Notes under the pieces: model-generated
What the model saw: only the letters and a program-made list of their open reading frames with translations
Database searches by the model: none
Told to the model about the DNA's origin: nothing
Made by a program: the position numbers and the translations under genes
Shown here: positions 15,201 to 50,950 of the stretch, one piece after another
How positions within the stretch are numbered: the stretch's first letter is position 1
Layout of the letters: each line of letters begins with the position of its first letter
From: the human T2T-CHM13v2.0 reference genome, Homo sapiens
Reading direction: 5' to 3' (one strand)
Assembly: GCF_009914755.1 (NCBI RefSeq)
Contig: NC_060927.1
DNA: 64,000 nt

Positions 15201-17607
15201 CTAAAAAATAAAATGTAATATTAAGTGATTAGAAAAGTAAACAAAATAATTTTCTTATCGTGCTATAAATACCACATCCCTCCATCAATTCTTCAATTCT
15301 AATACCGTCTATATCTCTTCTTGAAGACTACAAAAGAAATAACCATTTAAAAATAGAACCCAAAACAGATTAAGCCAATTTCATCTCTCAGAAATAAAAT
15401 TACTTCTATTTACAGAAGAAAACAAATCTGCTTTAATATTTAAATAGAATGCTCAAACAATGGAGCAACATAGTTCCTTAATTCAAATTCAGGCTTTGGA
15501 AGACAACCTAAAACAGTAATACAAATTCCACTCCATACATTACAGAAATTATTTACTCCAATATATCACAGCATACCAAATGAAAACAGCTCCAGAAACG
15601 CCATATACCTTAGTTGAGGTAGAGGTTACTCATTGGGGAAGACGTGGGGACTTAAATGAATATTTTAAATTCAAATAAACATTATATCATCCTTTAGGTT
15701 AAATAACTGCTAACAGTAGAGACAAGAGTAAAATTTTATTCCTCCAGATAGTATTTTGCCCAACTTAAATGATGCCATATATTTAACACAGATGGCTCTG
15801 TGTATGATAAACATCAAAATGCTTATCGTGGGGATTCCACCTTTAATAATTTACAGATATACTTCATTCAGAGTTTGAAATAAAGTTAGATGAACAGGCA
15901 GAAATATCAATATCCAAAAGAAAATCCTCCATTCTTTTACTAATTGAAAACAATACCACAATTTCATTATCTCTGAAGCTCTGTCTTCTGTTTTCTCCTG
16001 AATACTACATACACACATTCCCCAGGAATCTGGACTTTTCAAAATCTGTCAATTTACTTCCAGAGAGAAATTTAATTTTGTCTGTATTATGTTAAACTCA
16101 AAGTACTAAACCCAAAGTAAGCAGAAGAAAGAAAATAATAAAGATTAGAGTAGAAGTCAACTAAACAGAAAATAGAAAGTTAATAGAGAAAAATCAAAGA
16201 ATCAAAAAATTTGGTTCTTAGCGAATATTATAAAATTGATAAACCTCTAACCACAGTGATCAGAAAGAAGACGCAAATTTCAAACATTAAGAAGGAGAGA
16301 CGCATCTTTATCATTGATTGTATATATATTAAAAAGGTAATCTGTGAAGCTAAGAAACAACTGTAGGCCTGCAAATTCAACAGACGAAATGGACAAATTT
16401 TGTGAAAGACAAAAACTCAATCAAGGCTCAGTCAAGAAGAAACTGATACCCTGAACACAGCTTAAAAGACAGAGTCTATAGTTTAAAACCTTCCATATCA
16501 TATAAAGTTAAAATTACATGAACATGAAATATAACAATCCCAATCCTAGGTATGTGGCCAAATGAAATTAAAACTTATGTTCACACAAAAACCTGTACTC
16601 AAATGTTTATAGCAGTTTCATTCCTAATTGCCAAAATATAGAAAATACCCAAATGTCTTTCAACCAGTGAATATAGAAACAAACTATGATACATTCAAAC
16701 AGCAATAAAAAAGAATGATTATTAATACATGCAACAACACAGGTGAATCTCAATGCATTTTGCTAAGTGAAACAAAATTTGTAGGGCATTCAGGAAAGTG
16801 CAAGACTGAGGGGATGAAAAATCAGCGATTTCCACTGATAGGAGGAGGATGGAAGGGTTAATAATGGGGCAACATGAGGGCTTCTGGGGAGTTGATGGAA
16901 CTGTTGTGCATCTTGATTTTGGTGTGGAGACCCAACTGTATGCATCTGTCAAAACCCATGAAGTTATATGCCACAAAAAAAAATCAATTTTGTTATATTT
17001 AAATTTAAAAATAACTTTAAAATATGAAGAATGACAGTGTAAATATTAAACAATAGATTTTTAAATGAATTAAGAAGAAACAAATAGCATATTAACAGGT
17101 TGATTGAAAGGACAGAGAAACATAAAACCAACGAAAAGAGAACATCCAATCTTCTCAGGAACACTAACAACATTTAAGAAAATTGACCATATAGTAGGGC
17201 ATCAAGCAACAATATGACATTATATTAAGTTACACTACAAAGTATTAAAAAGAGAGAACTACTGAAACAGGGAACAATACCGATCTCAAAAATGTTATTC
17301 CAAGCAAAAGAAGTCACACATACACACACAGACACACATACATGCAATATGATTCCATTTATATGAAGTTATAGAAAAAGCATAACTACTTTATGGAAGA
17401 AAATCAGAACAGGACTTGCCTTTGGAGGTGTGGGTTGGGACTGTCTGAGAAGTGGTATGGGAGAACTTTCTGGATAACGGTAATGATCCATATCTTAAAA
17501 AGGATTTGACTTACATAAGTGGATGGGCTTGCCAAAATTAACTTAAACATACAAATAGGGTTTTTGCATTTAACTGTATTTAAACTTGACCTCAAGAAAT
17601 AAAATCA

Positions 17608-17724
<117 letters not shown>

Positions 17725-19202
17725 CTATATATATACATTTTCAAATGAGCCAAGCATGGTGGCACACACTTGTAGTCCTAACTATTCAAGAGACTAAGGC
17801 AAGAGAATCACTTGAGCCCAGGAGTTCAAGGTTGCAGTGAGCTGTGATCACGCCACTGCACTGCACTCTAGCCCGAGCAACAGAGTAAGATCCTATCTCG
17901 AAAGAAAAGAAGAAAAGAAAAGAAAAAAGAAAACTTGTAAAAAAAAAAACCTAAACCTGGGAATGTATTTGAGAAAGAAATGTTCTTTTGTCTATAAATT
18001 ATTTTTAAATGCATTAATAATATTGAGGCATGGATAGAGGGAAGGATAAATGAATAGATATGTGATAAAGCAAATGCAGCATAATATACCTTTGGGGTGA
18101 GTATATGGATGTCAACTGTAAAGCTGTTTCAACTTCTAATTATAAAATATCAGAAAGAAATGGCACACATACCTTAAAAAATAAAAAGGAAAACACATCC
18201 TACAAAGAAAATACATTAAAAATTAAAAATAAATAAAAAGAAAAAATGTGAAAAACTCCACAAAGATGTCTTCACATCTTCATTGCTGAATTCTACCAAA
18301 CATTGAAAGGTAGAAAGAACAGTACTTCTACACAAACTCTTCAAAAAAAAAATCTATCGGAAAATCTATTCTCTGAGAAAACGGAAGAACAAAACCAAAG
18401 ACACTGTAAGAAAAGAAAGCTACGAAGCAGTATCCCTCATGAATACAGATGCCAAAATTCTTAGCAATATATAGTAATGACATAAGAATACATAGGAAGG
18501 AAAATACATCATGACCGACTGGGATATATTCCAGGAATGAAAGATGGATTTAACATTCAAAAAAATCAACATAATTCACCATGTTAACAGACTTAAAAAA
18601 CAAACTGTATGACAGACACAAAAAAGCACTGCAACAAAAATCTTCCCTTCCTGATTTTTAAAAACTCTCAGGAATATAGACATATAAGGTACCTTCCTTG
18701 GCGTAATAAAGGGGACATATGAAAAATCTGTATCTAACATCCTGGCTAGTGGCAAAAGGCTACTTTCACCCTCAGATCAGGACCAAGGCCAGGAATGCCT
18801 ACTCATCACTTCTATTCAACATTACACTAGAAATTCTAGCAATGCAATCATACAAGAAATAAAAAGCATACAGATTAGAAAGGAAGAATATAAAATTGTC
18901 TTTATCCACAGATGATGTGATCAGCTCTATAGATAACACTATGGAACCTGCAAAAAAAAACTGCTAAAATTAATAAGTGAGTTTAAGAAGGCTGTAGAAA
19001 CAAAGTCAAAATACAAAAATCAGTTGTATTTCTAAGACCAGCAATGAACAAATAGAAACTGAACATTAAAAAAAAAATACTGGCCAGGCGCTGTGGCTCA
19101 CGCCTGTAATCCCAGCACTTTGGGAGGCCAAAGCGGGCAGATCACCTGAGGTCGGGAGTTTGAGACCAGCCTGACCAACAGGGAGAAACCCCGTCTCTAC
19201 TA

Positions 19203-19412
<210 letters not shown>

Positions 19413-19516
19413 TTAAGGATGAATTTGACAAAAAATATGCAAGACTTGCACAGTGATGACTACAAAACATGCTCAGAGAAATTAAAAAAAAAAACAAATG
19501 GAGACAATCTTTCATG

Positions 19517-19935
19517 CTCTTCTTTTCTAATTTGGGTCCAGCAGAACGGCTCCACAAAGATGGGCGGCAAGAAGAAACATCCTGCCATCGATAAGGTGAC
19601 CCGAGGGTACACCAGCAACATTCAGAAGCACATCCATGGAGTGGGCTTCAAGAAGCATGGCCCTCAGGCACTCAAAGAGATCCAGAAATTTGCCATGAAG
19701 GAGATGGGAATTCTAGATGTGCGCATTGACACCAGGCAAAACAAAGCTGTCTGGAACAAAGGAACAAGCAATATCTCATAGGATCCCATATGTGGTTTTC
19801 CAGAAAACATGATGAGGCTGAACATTCACCAAACAAGCTCTATACATTGATTACCTATGTGTCTGTCACCACTTTCAAAAATCTGTCGAAAGTCAGTGTG
19901 GACAAGAACTAACCACTGATTGTCAAATAAAGTGA
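19517..19935 (+). pseudogene. RPL31 processed pseudogene (full-length retrocopy, antisense to ACAP2)
   Basis: Translation ...[45 protein letters not shown] resembles ribosomal protein eL31. Intronless, 5' pyrimidine (TOP-like) start CTCTTCTTTT, start codon mutated to ACG (19546), premature stop, terminal TAA at 19910, AATAAA at 19926. Confidence 0.93.
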
Positions 19936-20898
19936 GCAAATCATACACACACAAATAGACAGAATCATGGCCCTCTACTTTGAGTAACACATATACTATT
20001 CAGATTAGAAGACTTATTATTAGCAAAATGTTGATTCACCTCAAATTGATCTATACATTCAACGCAATTCCACTCCAAATCTCAGTAGAAACTGAAAAGT
20101 TGATTCTAAAAGTTATATGAAAACATAAAGGACCTAGAATAGCCAAAATAACTTTGAAAAAGAGGAAAAGAGTTAGAATACTCATACTACCTGATTTCAA
20201 GACTTACTATGAAAGCTACAGTAATCAATGAAGTATGGTACTGTATAAAGACAGGTAAAGTCTGGGTACAGTGGCTCACGTCTGTAATCCCAACAGTTTG
20301 AGAGGATCACTTGAGCCCAGGAGTTGGAGACCAGCCTTGGCAACAAAGTGAGACCCCCCAATCTCGACAAAAATTCAAAAAATTAGCCAGGGGTGTAGCA
20401 TGTGCCTGTGGTCCCAGCTACTCAGGAGGCTAAGGCAGGAGGATTACTTGAGCCCAGGAGGTGGAGGCTGCAGTGAGTCATTTTCATTTCACTGCACTCT
20501 AGCCCAGAAAACAAAGCAAGACTGTCTCAGGAAAAAAAAAAAAAGAAAAAAGACAAGCAAAAAGATCAATAAAGCAGAAATTACCCACGCATATGGTCAG
20601 CTTTTATTCATTTATTTTTTTTACAAAAGGTGCCAATAAAGATGGGAAAATGTACAGAGCAAGCTGGAGAGCCACATGCAAAGAATTTAATAATAATAGA
20701 GAGGAAAAAGAACTTCAACCGTTACCACAGAACATTTATAAAATTTAACTTGAAATAGATCATAGACCTAAACTTCCACAAGAAAACATTGAAAAAAATC
20801 TTACTGAATAGGGTTAAGCAAACATTTCCTAACAGAACACAAAAGAAAACTACAAAAGAACAAAATCAATAAACTGACTTCATAAAAAAAAAGTTTGA

Positions 20899-21668
<770 letters not shown>

Positions 21669-21920
21669 TGACACTTCACCAAAGAAGATCCATAGATGGC
21701 AAAGAAACAAAATGCTCAACATCATTACTTATTAATAAGGAAATGCAAATTAAAACCATAAACAATTTTAGAAAGTGACTATGCCAAGTGTTGCTGAGCA
21801 TGTGGAACCCCTGCACTCTTGTACACTGCTGATGTAAAATAGCACAATCCACTTTGCAAAACAACATTTGTGTAGGTTTTAATTTCTTTACAGATATTAA
21901 CACTTTAAAGAAATGTAAAA

Positions 21921-22259
21921 CAGTCATGTGCCGCATAATGACATTTTGGTCAAAGACAGGCCGCACATATAACGGTGGTCCCATAAAATTATAGTACTGT
22001 ATCTGTACTGTACTTTTTCTATGTTTAAATACACAAATATCTACCATTATGTTACAAATGCCTAACGTATTCATTACAGAAACATGCTGTATAGGTTTGC
22101 AGCGTAAAAGCAATAGACTACACCACGTAGCCTAGGTGTGTAGGAGGCTACACTGCCTAGGTTTGTGATAAGTACATTCTATGATACTCACACAATGAAG
22201 AAATCACCTAACAACACATTTCTCAGAATGTTTCACTGTTGTTAAATGATGCGTGACTG
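21921..22259. mobile_element. Tigger3a/MER7-type TcMar MITE
   Basis: Terminal inverted repeats CAGTCATGTG... and ...GCGTGACTG followed by TA. Confidence 0.8.
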
Positions 22260-22514
22260 TATTAAAAATTAATATAAACAATAAATAAAAGAAATTAAAT
22301 ATTTCCTTATTTTCTCTTAGCAATGGCTTACAGTCTTCACTTTAAAAATAGTAAACATTTAAGCATAACACTATCTTACAAACTAGCCGTTTTACACCTG
22401 GCTATTCACATAAAGAAATAAAACTATATGCCTACACAGATTTTTACATGTATTTTAATAAGCATTTTTATTTGTAATAGCCAAAACCTAAAAACAACCC
22501 CAAAGTCCATTGCG

Positions 22515-23250
22515 GTAGCTTTAAAATATGACAACAAATTCTTTAACACTGCTTTCTTCAAAAGCAGCCCCAATTCTTTGCTCTTTGAGTGTGGGCTAGA
22601 TGGAGTGACTTACTTCTAGCAAACAGTATCATGAAGAAAGTAACAATGTGTGACTGCTGAGACCAGGTTATAAAAGGCATTGAAGCTTCCAGCCAGATGC
22701 AGTGTCTCAGCACTTTGGGAGGCTGAGGCGGGCAGATCACTTGAGGTCAGGAGTTCCAGACCAGCCTGGCCAACATGGTGAAACCCCAACTCTACTAAAA
22801 ATACCAAAATTAGCTGGGTGTGGTGGCGCACATCTGTAATCCTAGCTACTCAGGAGGCTGAGGCACAAGAATCGCTTCAACCTGGGAGGCGGAAGTTGCA
22901 ATGAGCCAAGGTCATGCCATTCACTCCAGCCTGGATGACAGAGTGAGACTCTGTCTTTAAAAAAAAAAAAAAAAAAGGCATTGGAGCTTCCTGTTTGCCC
23001 ATGCTGCTCTTGGATCACTTGTTTTAGCAGTAACCAGATTTCATGTCATAAGGACACTCAAGCATCCCTGCAAAGAGGATCCTTGGTCAGAGGACCAGAG
23101 ACTGAGGCAATCTCATGAAATTCCTGAGTCAGAGTCACCCAACTAAGCCACTCCCAAATTCCTGGCCCAGAAACTGTAAGATAATACATGCATGTTGTTT
23201 CATGCCACTAAGTTTTCAAATAATCTGTTATACAGCAGTAGATAGCTAAT
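22515..23250 (+). mobile_element. MLT1-type LTR interrupted by an Alu (22705-22976)
   Basis: CCAAATTCCTGGCCCAGAAACTGTAAGATAATA...GCCACTAAGTTTT end; AAAAGGCATTG duplicated around the Alu region. Confidence 0.65.
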
Positions 23251-23714
23251 ATAACCATCCACAGGTAGATGGATTTTAAAACTTGTGATAAATCCATACA
23301 ATGCAATCGTATTGAGCAATAAAAAGGGAATGAAGGACTGAAACATGCAATATAATTGGACCTCAAAATAACACTGAAGAAACTAGACTACAAAAGTCCA
23401 TTTACATACAATTCTAGAAAATGCAAACAAACCAATAATGATAGCAGATTCACGACAGACTAGGAATGAGGGAAGAAGGGAGAGAAACAGAAATTACAAA
23501 GTGGCAAAGAAAAACTTTTAAAGCATGATTGTTATATTCACTAAATTATTTGTAGCGATTTCATGGAGATGTGTGGATCTCAAAAGTTATCAAATTGTAT
23601 GCTGTAACTATGCAGTTTATGTCAATTATTCCTTAATAAAGTTGTTAAAAAAACATCATTATATTCCAAAGAGAAAAGCGGAACATTTTTCTCTTTTCTG
23701 CTTTTCAACTTTTT

Positions 23715-24650
23715 TTTAACTTTTAGGTTCAGGGGTGCATGTGCAGGATGTGGAGGTTTGTTACATAGGTAAACGGGTGTCACAGGGATTTGTTATACAG
23801 ATTATTTCATCACCCAGGTATTACACCTACTATCCATTAGTTATTTTTTCTGATCCTCTCCCTCCTCCTACCCTCCCACTCCAATAAGCCACAGTATGTG
23901 TGGTTCCCCTGTATGTGTCCATGTGTTCTCATCATTTAGCTCCCCCACTTATAAATGAGAACATGTGGTATTTGGTTTTCTGTTCCTGTGTTAGTCTGCT
24001 AAGGATAATGGCCTCCAGCTCCATCCATGTTCCTGCAAAGGACATGATCTCATTCTTTTTTATGGCTGCATAGTATTCCATAGTGTATATGTACGTATGC
24101 ATTTTCTTTATCCAGTCTACCACTGATGGGCATTTAGGTTGATTCCACGTCTTTGCTGTTGTGAATAGTGCTGCAATGAACATACACATACATATGTCTT
24201 TATAATAGAACTATATTCCTATGGTTATATACCCAGCAATGGTATCTCACCCAGCTGATGTGAGATGGTATATCTCATTGTGGTTTTGATTTGCACTTCT
24301 CCAATGATCAGTGATGTTGAGCTTTTTTTATATGAGTGTTAGCCACATGTATGTCTTCTTTTGAGAAATGTCTGTTCATGTCCTTTGCCTGCTTTTTAAT
24401 GGGGTTGTGTTTTTCTTTATAATTTAAGTTCCTTATAAATTCTGGATATAAGAGCATTATCAGATGAATAGTTTGCAAATATTTTCTCCCGTTCTATAGG
24501 TTGTCTGTTTACTCTGCTGACAGTTTCTTTGATTGTGCAGAAACTCTTTAATTAGATCCCATTTGTCAATTTTTGCTTTTGTTGCAGTTGCTCTTAGCAA
24601 CTTCATCGTGAACTCTTGGCCCATACATATATCCTGGATACTACTGCCTT
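23715..24650 (-). mobile_element. L1PA-type 3' end with an internal deletion
   Basis: MFIAALFTTAKTWNQPKCPS... peptide and L1 3'UTR; jump in L1 continuity near 24245. Confidence 0.85.
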
Positions 24651-24696
24651 TAAAATGTAACATTACCAAAATTAAATTTTCTATACACTTGAATAG

Positions 24697-24954
<258 letters not shown>

Positions 24955-25809
24955 TGATCTCGAACTCCTGACCTCAGCCTCCCAAAGTGCTGGGATTACA
25001 GGTGTGAGCCACTGTGCCCAGCCACAATAATGTAGGCTATATACTTTTAATACTTCCATTAGTGTGAAAAGTATGTTGTCAATAAAGCAACAGTTCTGTC
25101 TCTGACTTGCCAATTCTCAAGCCACAGCTATCTAACAGCTAATTCTTTTCTTTTTCTTCTTTTTTTTTTTTTTTTGGTAGTTATTGTTGTTCTTAAAGCC
25201 CTTCCTCATGGACAGCTAACTCTTTTCTATATTAAACTGCTACACAGAAATTCCTCAATTCATCTACTGGTATCTAAGTCTCCAGTCTATACTTTCCCAG
25301 GAGAAAATTCACACATTTTCCCATCATAAAAAGTTTAAAAGCCACCAACAGAAAAGCTAAGGTTCACTTATATTTCTGGAAATTAACAGTATTATTCCAA
25401 GCAACACATGTATTACAAATAATCAAAAATGTCAGTTGACCAATCTGCTCATTATAAAATGAACTTACAAAAGTGCATAGAATAATATATGACTCTTTAA
25501 AACCAACAGCTCACACTAAAGTTATTCCTCATACATGTATGACCACAGTTAAAGCAGCACTATCTCTGCTCTCTTCAGGAAAGGAGGAAAGCTAAGACGC
25601 ACTTCAAAGATCTAGTCCAGAAAGGTTAGTAAAAGAGTAGGCTGCATAACCATAGAGAGCATTATCCCCATTTCCAGTTCTTACAAGTAAGGTGACTTTG
25701 GCTCTAAGTATACATTTTGTAGTTTCAAGTCCTTGTGATTTATTTAAATATTATTCAGGGCCAGGCAAAAGACTCCATTGCAACAAAAATTAAAAATAGA
25801 AACAAGCTG

Positions 25810-35300
<9,491 letters not shown>

Positions 35301-36075
35301 AATGTTGCTAATATTGTTTTAAAGAACAAAATTATCAGGGCATTGTGGCATACACCTACCATCCTGAGGTGGGAGGATTCCCAGAGCAGTGCTATGATCA
35401 TGCCCCTGCACTCGAGCCTGAGTGACAAAGGGAGACCTTGTCTCTAAAAAAAAAAAAACACATTAAGTATTACTCAGCTACCATAGCACTCTCTTCTGAT
35501 GATTCTCCATGACATAATCATTCCTGTCCTTTCCGGAATCTATAGAAAAGGGCAAGGCTATGGCTTGTGCCACTATAGATTCATTGGATCTTTTGGTTAA
35601 TCTCATTAGGCCTAAAATCAATGAAGAGAAAGAGAACTCTTCTTTGCAATCATCAGGAATTGCTCGCAATATGTCAATGAATATTATTTATTCCTCTCTA
35701 CTTCATCTGCCTATAGTAATTTTTTTTTTTTTTTTTTGAGACAGTGTCTTCCTTTGCCGCCTAAGCTGGAGTGTAGGTGGCGCGACCTTAGCTCACTGCA
35801 ACCTGCACTTCCTGGGTTCAAGCAATTCTCCTACCTCAGCCTCCTGAGTAGCTGGGATTACAGGCACGCGCCACCACACCCGAATAATTTTTGTATTTTT
35901 AGTAGAGATGGGGTTTCACCACGTTGGCCAGGCTGGTCTCGAACTCCTGACCTCAAGTGATCTGCCCACCACCTTGGCCTCCCAAAGTGCTGGGATTACA
36001 GGCGTGAGCTACCATGTCTGGCCCTTCTACCTGTACTAATTTGTTTCTCCAAACCTTTTCTTCCTTCCTCTAAGG

Positions 36076-37260
36076 CAGTGGTTCTCCACTGGCTTAGTGT
36101 TGTATCACAATCACATGGAAAACTAAAAGAAAATACAAAGATGCAATCTTGTTGAAGAAACATAGGCTGCTTCTATATTTTTAGGAAGTTTGCCAGATGA
36201 TTCTGTTATACAAACATTGGTACCAAACTGCTCTACCCAGTGGTTCTCAAATTGGTTGCACATTGAAATAACTTGGGCAACTTTTAAATACACAGATGTT
36301 GCAATAATTAGAGACACTGGTGACTCCAGAATCAGTATTTTAAAAGCTTGCCAGGTGTGACCAAACATTACCGCCATCACCTGGGAGCTGGTCAGAACTA
36401 TAGAATCGCTAGAACCACCCCAGTCTTGTTAGAAATGGAGAATCTGAATCTGCATTTACCAAGATCTCCAGGTGGTTTGTTTACAGGAAACAATCCACTG
36501 TTTCTTAAACTGGGCTGCAGACTAGAATGACATGGGGAGCCTTAAAAATTACTAATGCCTGCTTCTTATTCGCAAACAATCTGGTTTTAATTAGCCTGGT
36601 TCATCCAACACCATTTTACTGAGAAGAATTCATGAAAGGCAGTTAAACCACTAAGTCACATTCACTAACATTAAAAGGACCACTCTTCAGTGTGTGTCAT
36701 GGCAGATACAGTCTCCGTAAATGGGAAAAATGAAGGAGTCCTTTACAACAGTCATCAGGACACTCTTTCCGCCAAGGGCTAGATATAATAAGCATTGAAG
36801 CTTGTGGGCCATGAGGCCTCTATCACACTACTCAACCCTGCTGCTGTGGTGTAAAAGTAGCCATAGACAATACAGAAACAGAAGAGCATAGCTGTGTTCC
36901 AGTAAAAACTTATATGCCCCCCAACCCCGCCAAAAAAAAAAAAAAAAAAAACGGCAATGGGCTGGATATGGCCTGCAACGCATGGTTTGCCAAACTGTGC
37001 TCTCAAACAGTGGTTTTCAAATGTTAGAATACATCAGAAACACCTGGAAGGCTTGTTCAAACACAGATTGCTAGCTCCCAGACACAGCTCCTAATTCAGC
37101 AGATCTAGGGTGGGCTCTGAGAATCTACAGTTCTAACAAGTTCCCAGATGGTGCTGATGCTGCTGGTCCAGGGACCACTCATTAAGAATCAGTTATCTCA
37201 AACTTTACTAGTGGTTCTCAAACTTTACTGCAATGTCAGGATCACCTGGGGAGATTTTTT
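36076..37260. mobile_element. Cluster of MER5-type hAT relics plus MER58A (about 36770-37000)
   Basis: Repeated CAGTGGTTCTCAA-like termini near 36077, 36238, 37008 and 37210; MER58A core GCCATAGACAATAC...GCTGTGTTCCAGTAAAAACTT. Confidence 0.7.
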
Positions 37261-37354
37261 CAATTATATGCTACACTTCAAATGACATAAATAAAACTCT
37301 GGGGGAATGGGGATTAGCTGACTATTGTCAAGCTTCCTAACACTGAGTCCTGGC

Positions 37355-37880
37355 ACACAGATCAGGTATTGAAAGGCAACCTATATATATGACCACCATC
37401 AATTCCTCCCATCCCTGCAGGTGCGTGCCACTCTCCCACTCACACGGTAGAGTTGATTTTCCTTACCCTGAATCTGGGGTGGCTCTGAGTCTTGCTTTGA
37501 TCAAAAGAATGCAGAAGTGATGCGATGTGACTTGTAGGCCCAGGCTTTAAGGGACCATGTACCCACTGATTTCACATTCGTGAAGGCCAACTATCACATT
37601 AAGAAGTCTGACTAGCCTGCTGGGGAGAGAGGCCAAATGTAGAGAGAGAAGTCCTAGAAGATGAGAGACTCCAAAGGGTGAAAGAAGCTCAGCCAACACC
37701 AGTCATTCCAGCCACTCCAGCTAAGGTAGCAGACATGCTGAATCCTTCAGCCACAGTCAAGCCACCCAGCCAGCACCAACTAGAGCAGAAGTAAGCTGAT
37801 CCCTCCAAGCCCCACTTGGTGGCTGTTTTAAGTCACAAAGTTTTGGGGCAGTTGTTAAACAGTCAAAGTTACTGACAAGA
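37355..37880 (+). mobile_element. MLT1-type LTR relic
   Basis: CTTGCTTTGATCAAAAGAATG and GCTGTTTTAAGTCACAAAGTTTTGGGG motifs. Confidence 0.6.
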
Positions 37881-37979
37881 TGTTGGTAGCCGTATTTAAG
37901 ATATTGATGTTTATAAGTTTTTATAGTGATTTTTAAAGCTGCAAACTACTTGGTATAATTCAGAATCTACAACTGCTAA

Positions 37980-38330
<351 letters not shown>

Positions 38331-38635
38331 TAAATTTCTGAATGTAGTAATTACTACTTTGCCAAAGCTATATTAATTCTTCCTCCTGCATTCCCATTTG
38401 AATCATCCAAAACTATATTTTACCACAATTTGTGTTATCATTTCATGTTATTTTTCATATTTTTCCTACTAATCATGAAATTACATATTGTTGTTTCCAT
38501 AGCATCATCATTTAGTATTACAGATTCTTATTAGAATATAATTGTTTTTGTTATTTTTCAGCTGTTACTTCTTCATTTTTATTTATCATTGGCTTTTGGT
38601 GTTAATTAGCTAAAGTGTGACTTGATGAAATTTCA

Positions 38636-38962
<327 letters not shown>

Positions 38963-39159
38963 TCAAAAACAAACAAAAAAAAAAAAAAGAGGAAGAAATT
39001 AAGTGTACATAATTAAAACTTATTTTAAATAAATTGTAGGCCTTTAGAGATTCAAAAACATTTTTTTAAATCTGATTTTCTGATCATACGTAATATTTAT
39101 GACACTGACTAAAATGAATTATTGTTTTGTTTACTAAATGCTTAATTTTTTATTTAGCT

Positions 39160-41866
<2,707 letters not shown>

Positions 41867-42292
41867 TAAAATTTACATTGAAACATTTTAAGAAAGCAGA
41901 ATTACATTCATACAGGAAGATTTGCAGGCTAAACCTCTGCAAACACAAAATAAGACACAAAGTTATTTTACGAGATTAGTTACAATAATATCAGATCGAG
42001 AAGCTAACTACAAGGTTACTCAATTAAGAGCTACAGCCAGAATGCTGCATACAATTGCAGAACTGTAAACGTACCAGCCTACAGGAAAAAAATGTCAAGA
42101 ACTTTGTTAATTTCCAAAGCAGAACAAGAAACAGAAAAGGTGCCACATTTCATTAAGAGAATAACATTTTATGGCATGCCAGATAAACACATGCATAATG
42201 ACTAATGCTACTCTATCAAAACTTTTTCATTCTGAGTGAAGCTTCTGCACATGAGTAACTGCGCTCAAGCTAACAGCAGAAAGAACACCTGA

Positions 42293-49702
<7,410 letters not shown>

Positions 49703-50896
49703 AGGACTTCAATAGACAACAATGGTAACAATGACAGAAGATACACAAAAAACCAGTAAGCACATAAAAGATGCTCAACTGCATGAGTCATTAGGGAAAT
49801 GCAAATCAAAACTACAATGAGATACCACTTCACACCTACTAGGATGGTTATAATTTTTTTTAAAAAATTGACAATAACAAGTGTTGATAACGATGTGGAG
49901 AACTTGGAACACTCAAACACTGCTGGTGGAAATGTAAAATGGTACAGTCTCTGTAGAAAACAGTTTGGCAGTTCCTCAAAAAGTTAAACATAGAATTACC
50001 ATATGACCCAGTAAGTCTACACCTAGGTACATGCCCAAAAGAACTGAAAACAGGCACTCAAGCAGATACTTGTACATGTCAATATTAGCATAGCTAAAAT
50101 TTGAACTATAATTAAAATAAACATTGTCATATTACTGCATCCTAAATATGCTAACCAACAAAAAAAAATTAAAATCAAATTAAGAACCAAAAACAAGCAG
50201 ATTTTATGAAGATTATAAGTATTGATATTTTTATTACAGACTGGCTAATAAATTTTAAAGCACTGATTAAATAATTATACAACAGCCATATCAGTTAAGC
50301 TTTTTAAAAAATATAAGAAACATACAGCTTATAAGCTGCCATATTTGCAGTAAACTTTTGCAAACTTTGTAAAGGAATTTTGTGACACTCCCAAAGTAAT
50401 ATATATCCCTCATTCTTGAAGGATAAATGCCCACAAATCTTAAACACACATATAAATAGCTCAAAGAATATAGCACTCTTTAATATTGGTAATTGTTTAG
50501 ATAAAGGGAATATATTGGTAAGTATCTAAAAAGAAACAGCTACATTTAAAATGACTTTTACTTCTTTATTCTTAAGTACATGCTTAAAAATTTTACAAAG
50601 CCACAACTTAAAGGGAAAAAATTTAACTTTTGGGTATATGTCCTTCAATGATATTAAGTTCACTATATTAGAATGGAAAATAATACTCTTATTCTCTTCT
50701 TTCACAGGCATGCATGCACACACACACTCACACACAAATACACACACAGCGTACATTTTAGATTCACCCAGCTAAAAAGTTGACGACCAATCAAAGCCAT
50801 GTAATTCCCTTTTAGTCATTTCATAAAACATTGCGACTCAAGAAAAATACTAAAATGTTAATATGGTCATAGTAACACCTACTTACTGACACTTAC

Positions 50897-50950
50897 TGTG
50901 TGAAAATTTATCATTTCTTGAAGACTGTCAGAAAACTTGGTCAAACTTGT
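50897..50950 (-). CDS. ACAP2: ACAP2 exon 4 (54 nt): TSLTKFSDSLQEMINFHT
   Basis: tttctcatag|ACAAGT...CACACA|gtaagt; phase 0-0. Confidence 0.96.

Noticed and set aside
35476-35700. Unique-looking segment with a 63-aa minus-strand ORF
   Set aside because: No recognisable homology or convincing splice sites; cannot be assigned without a database search.
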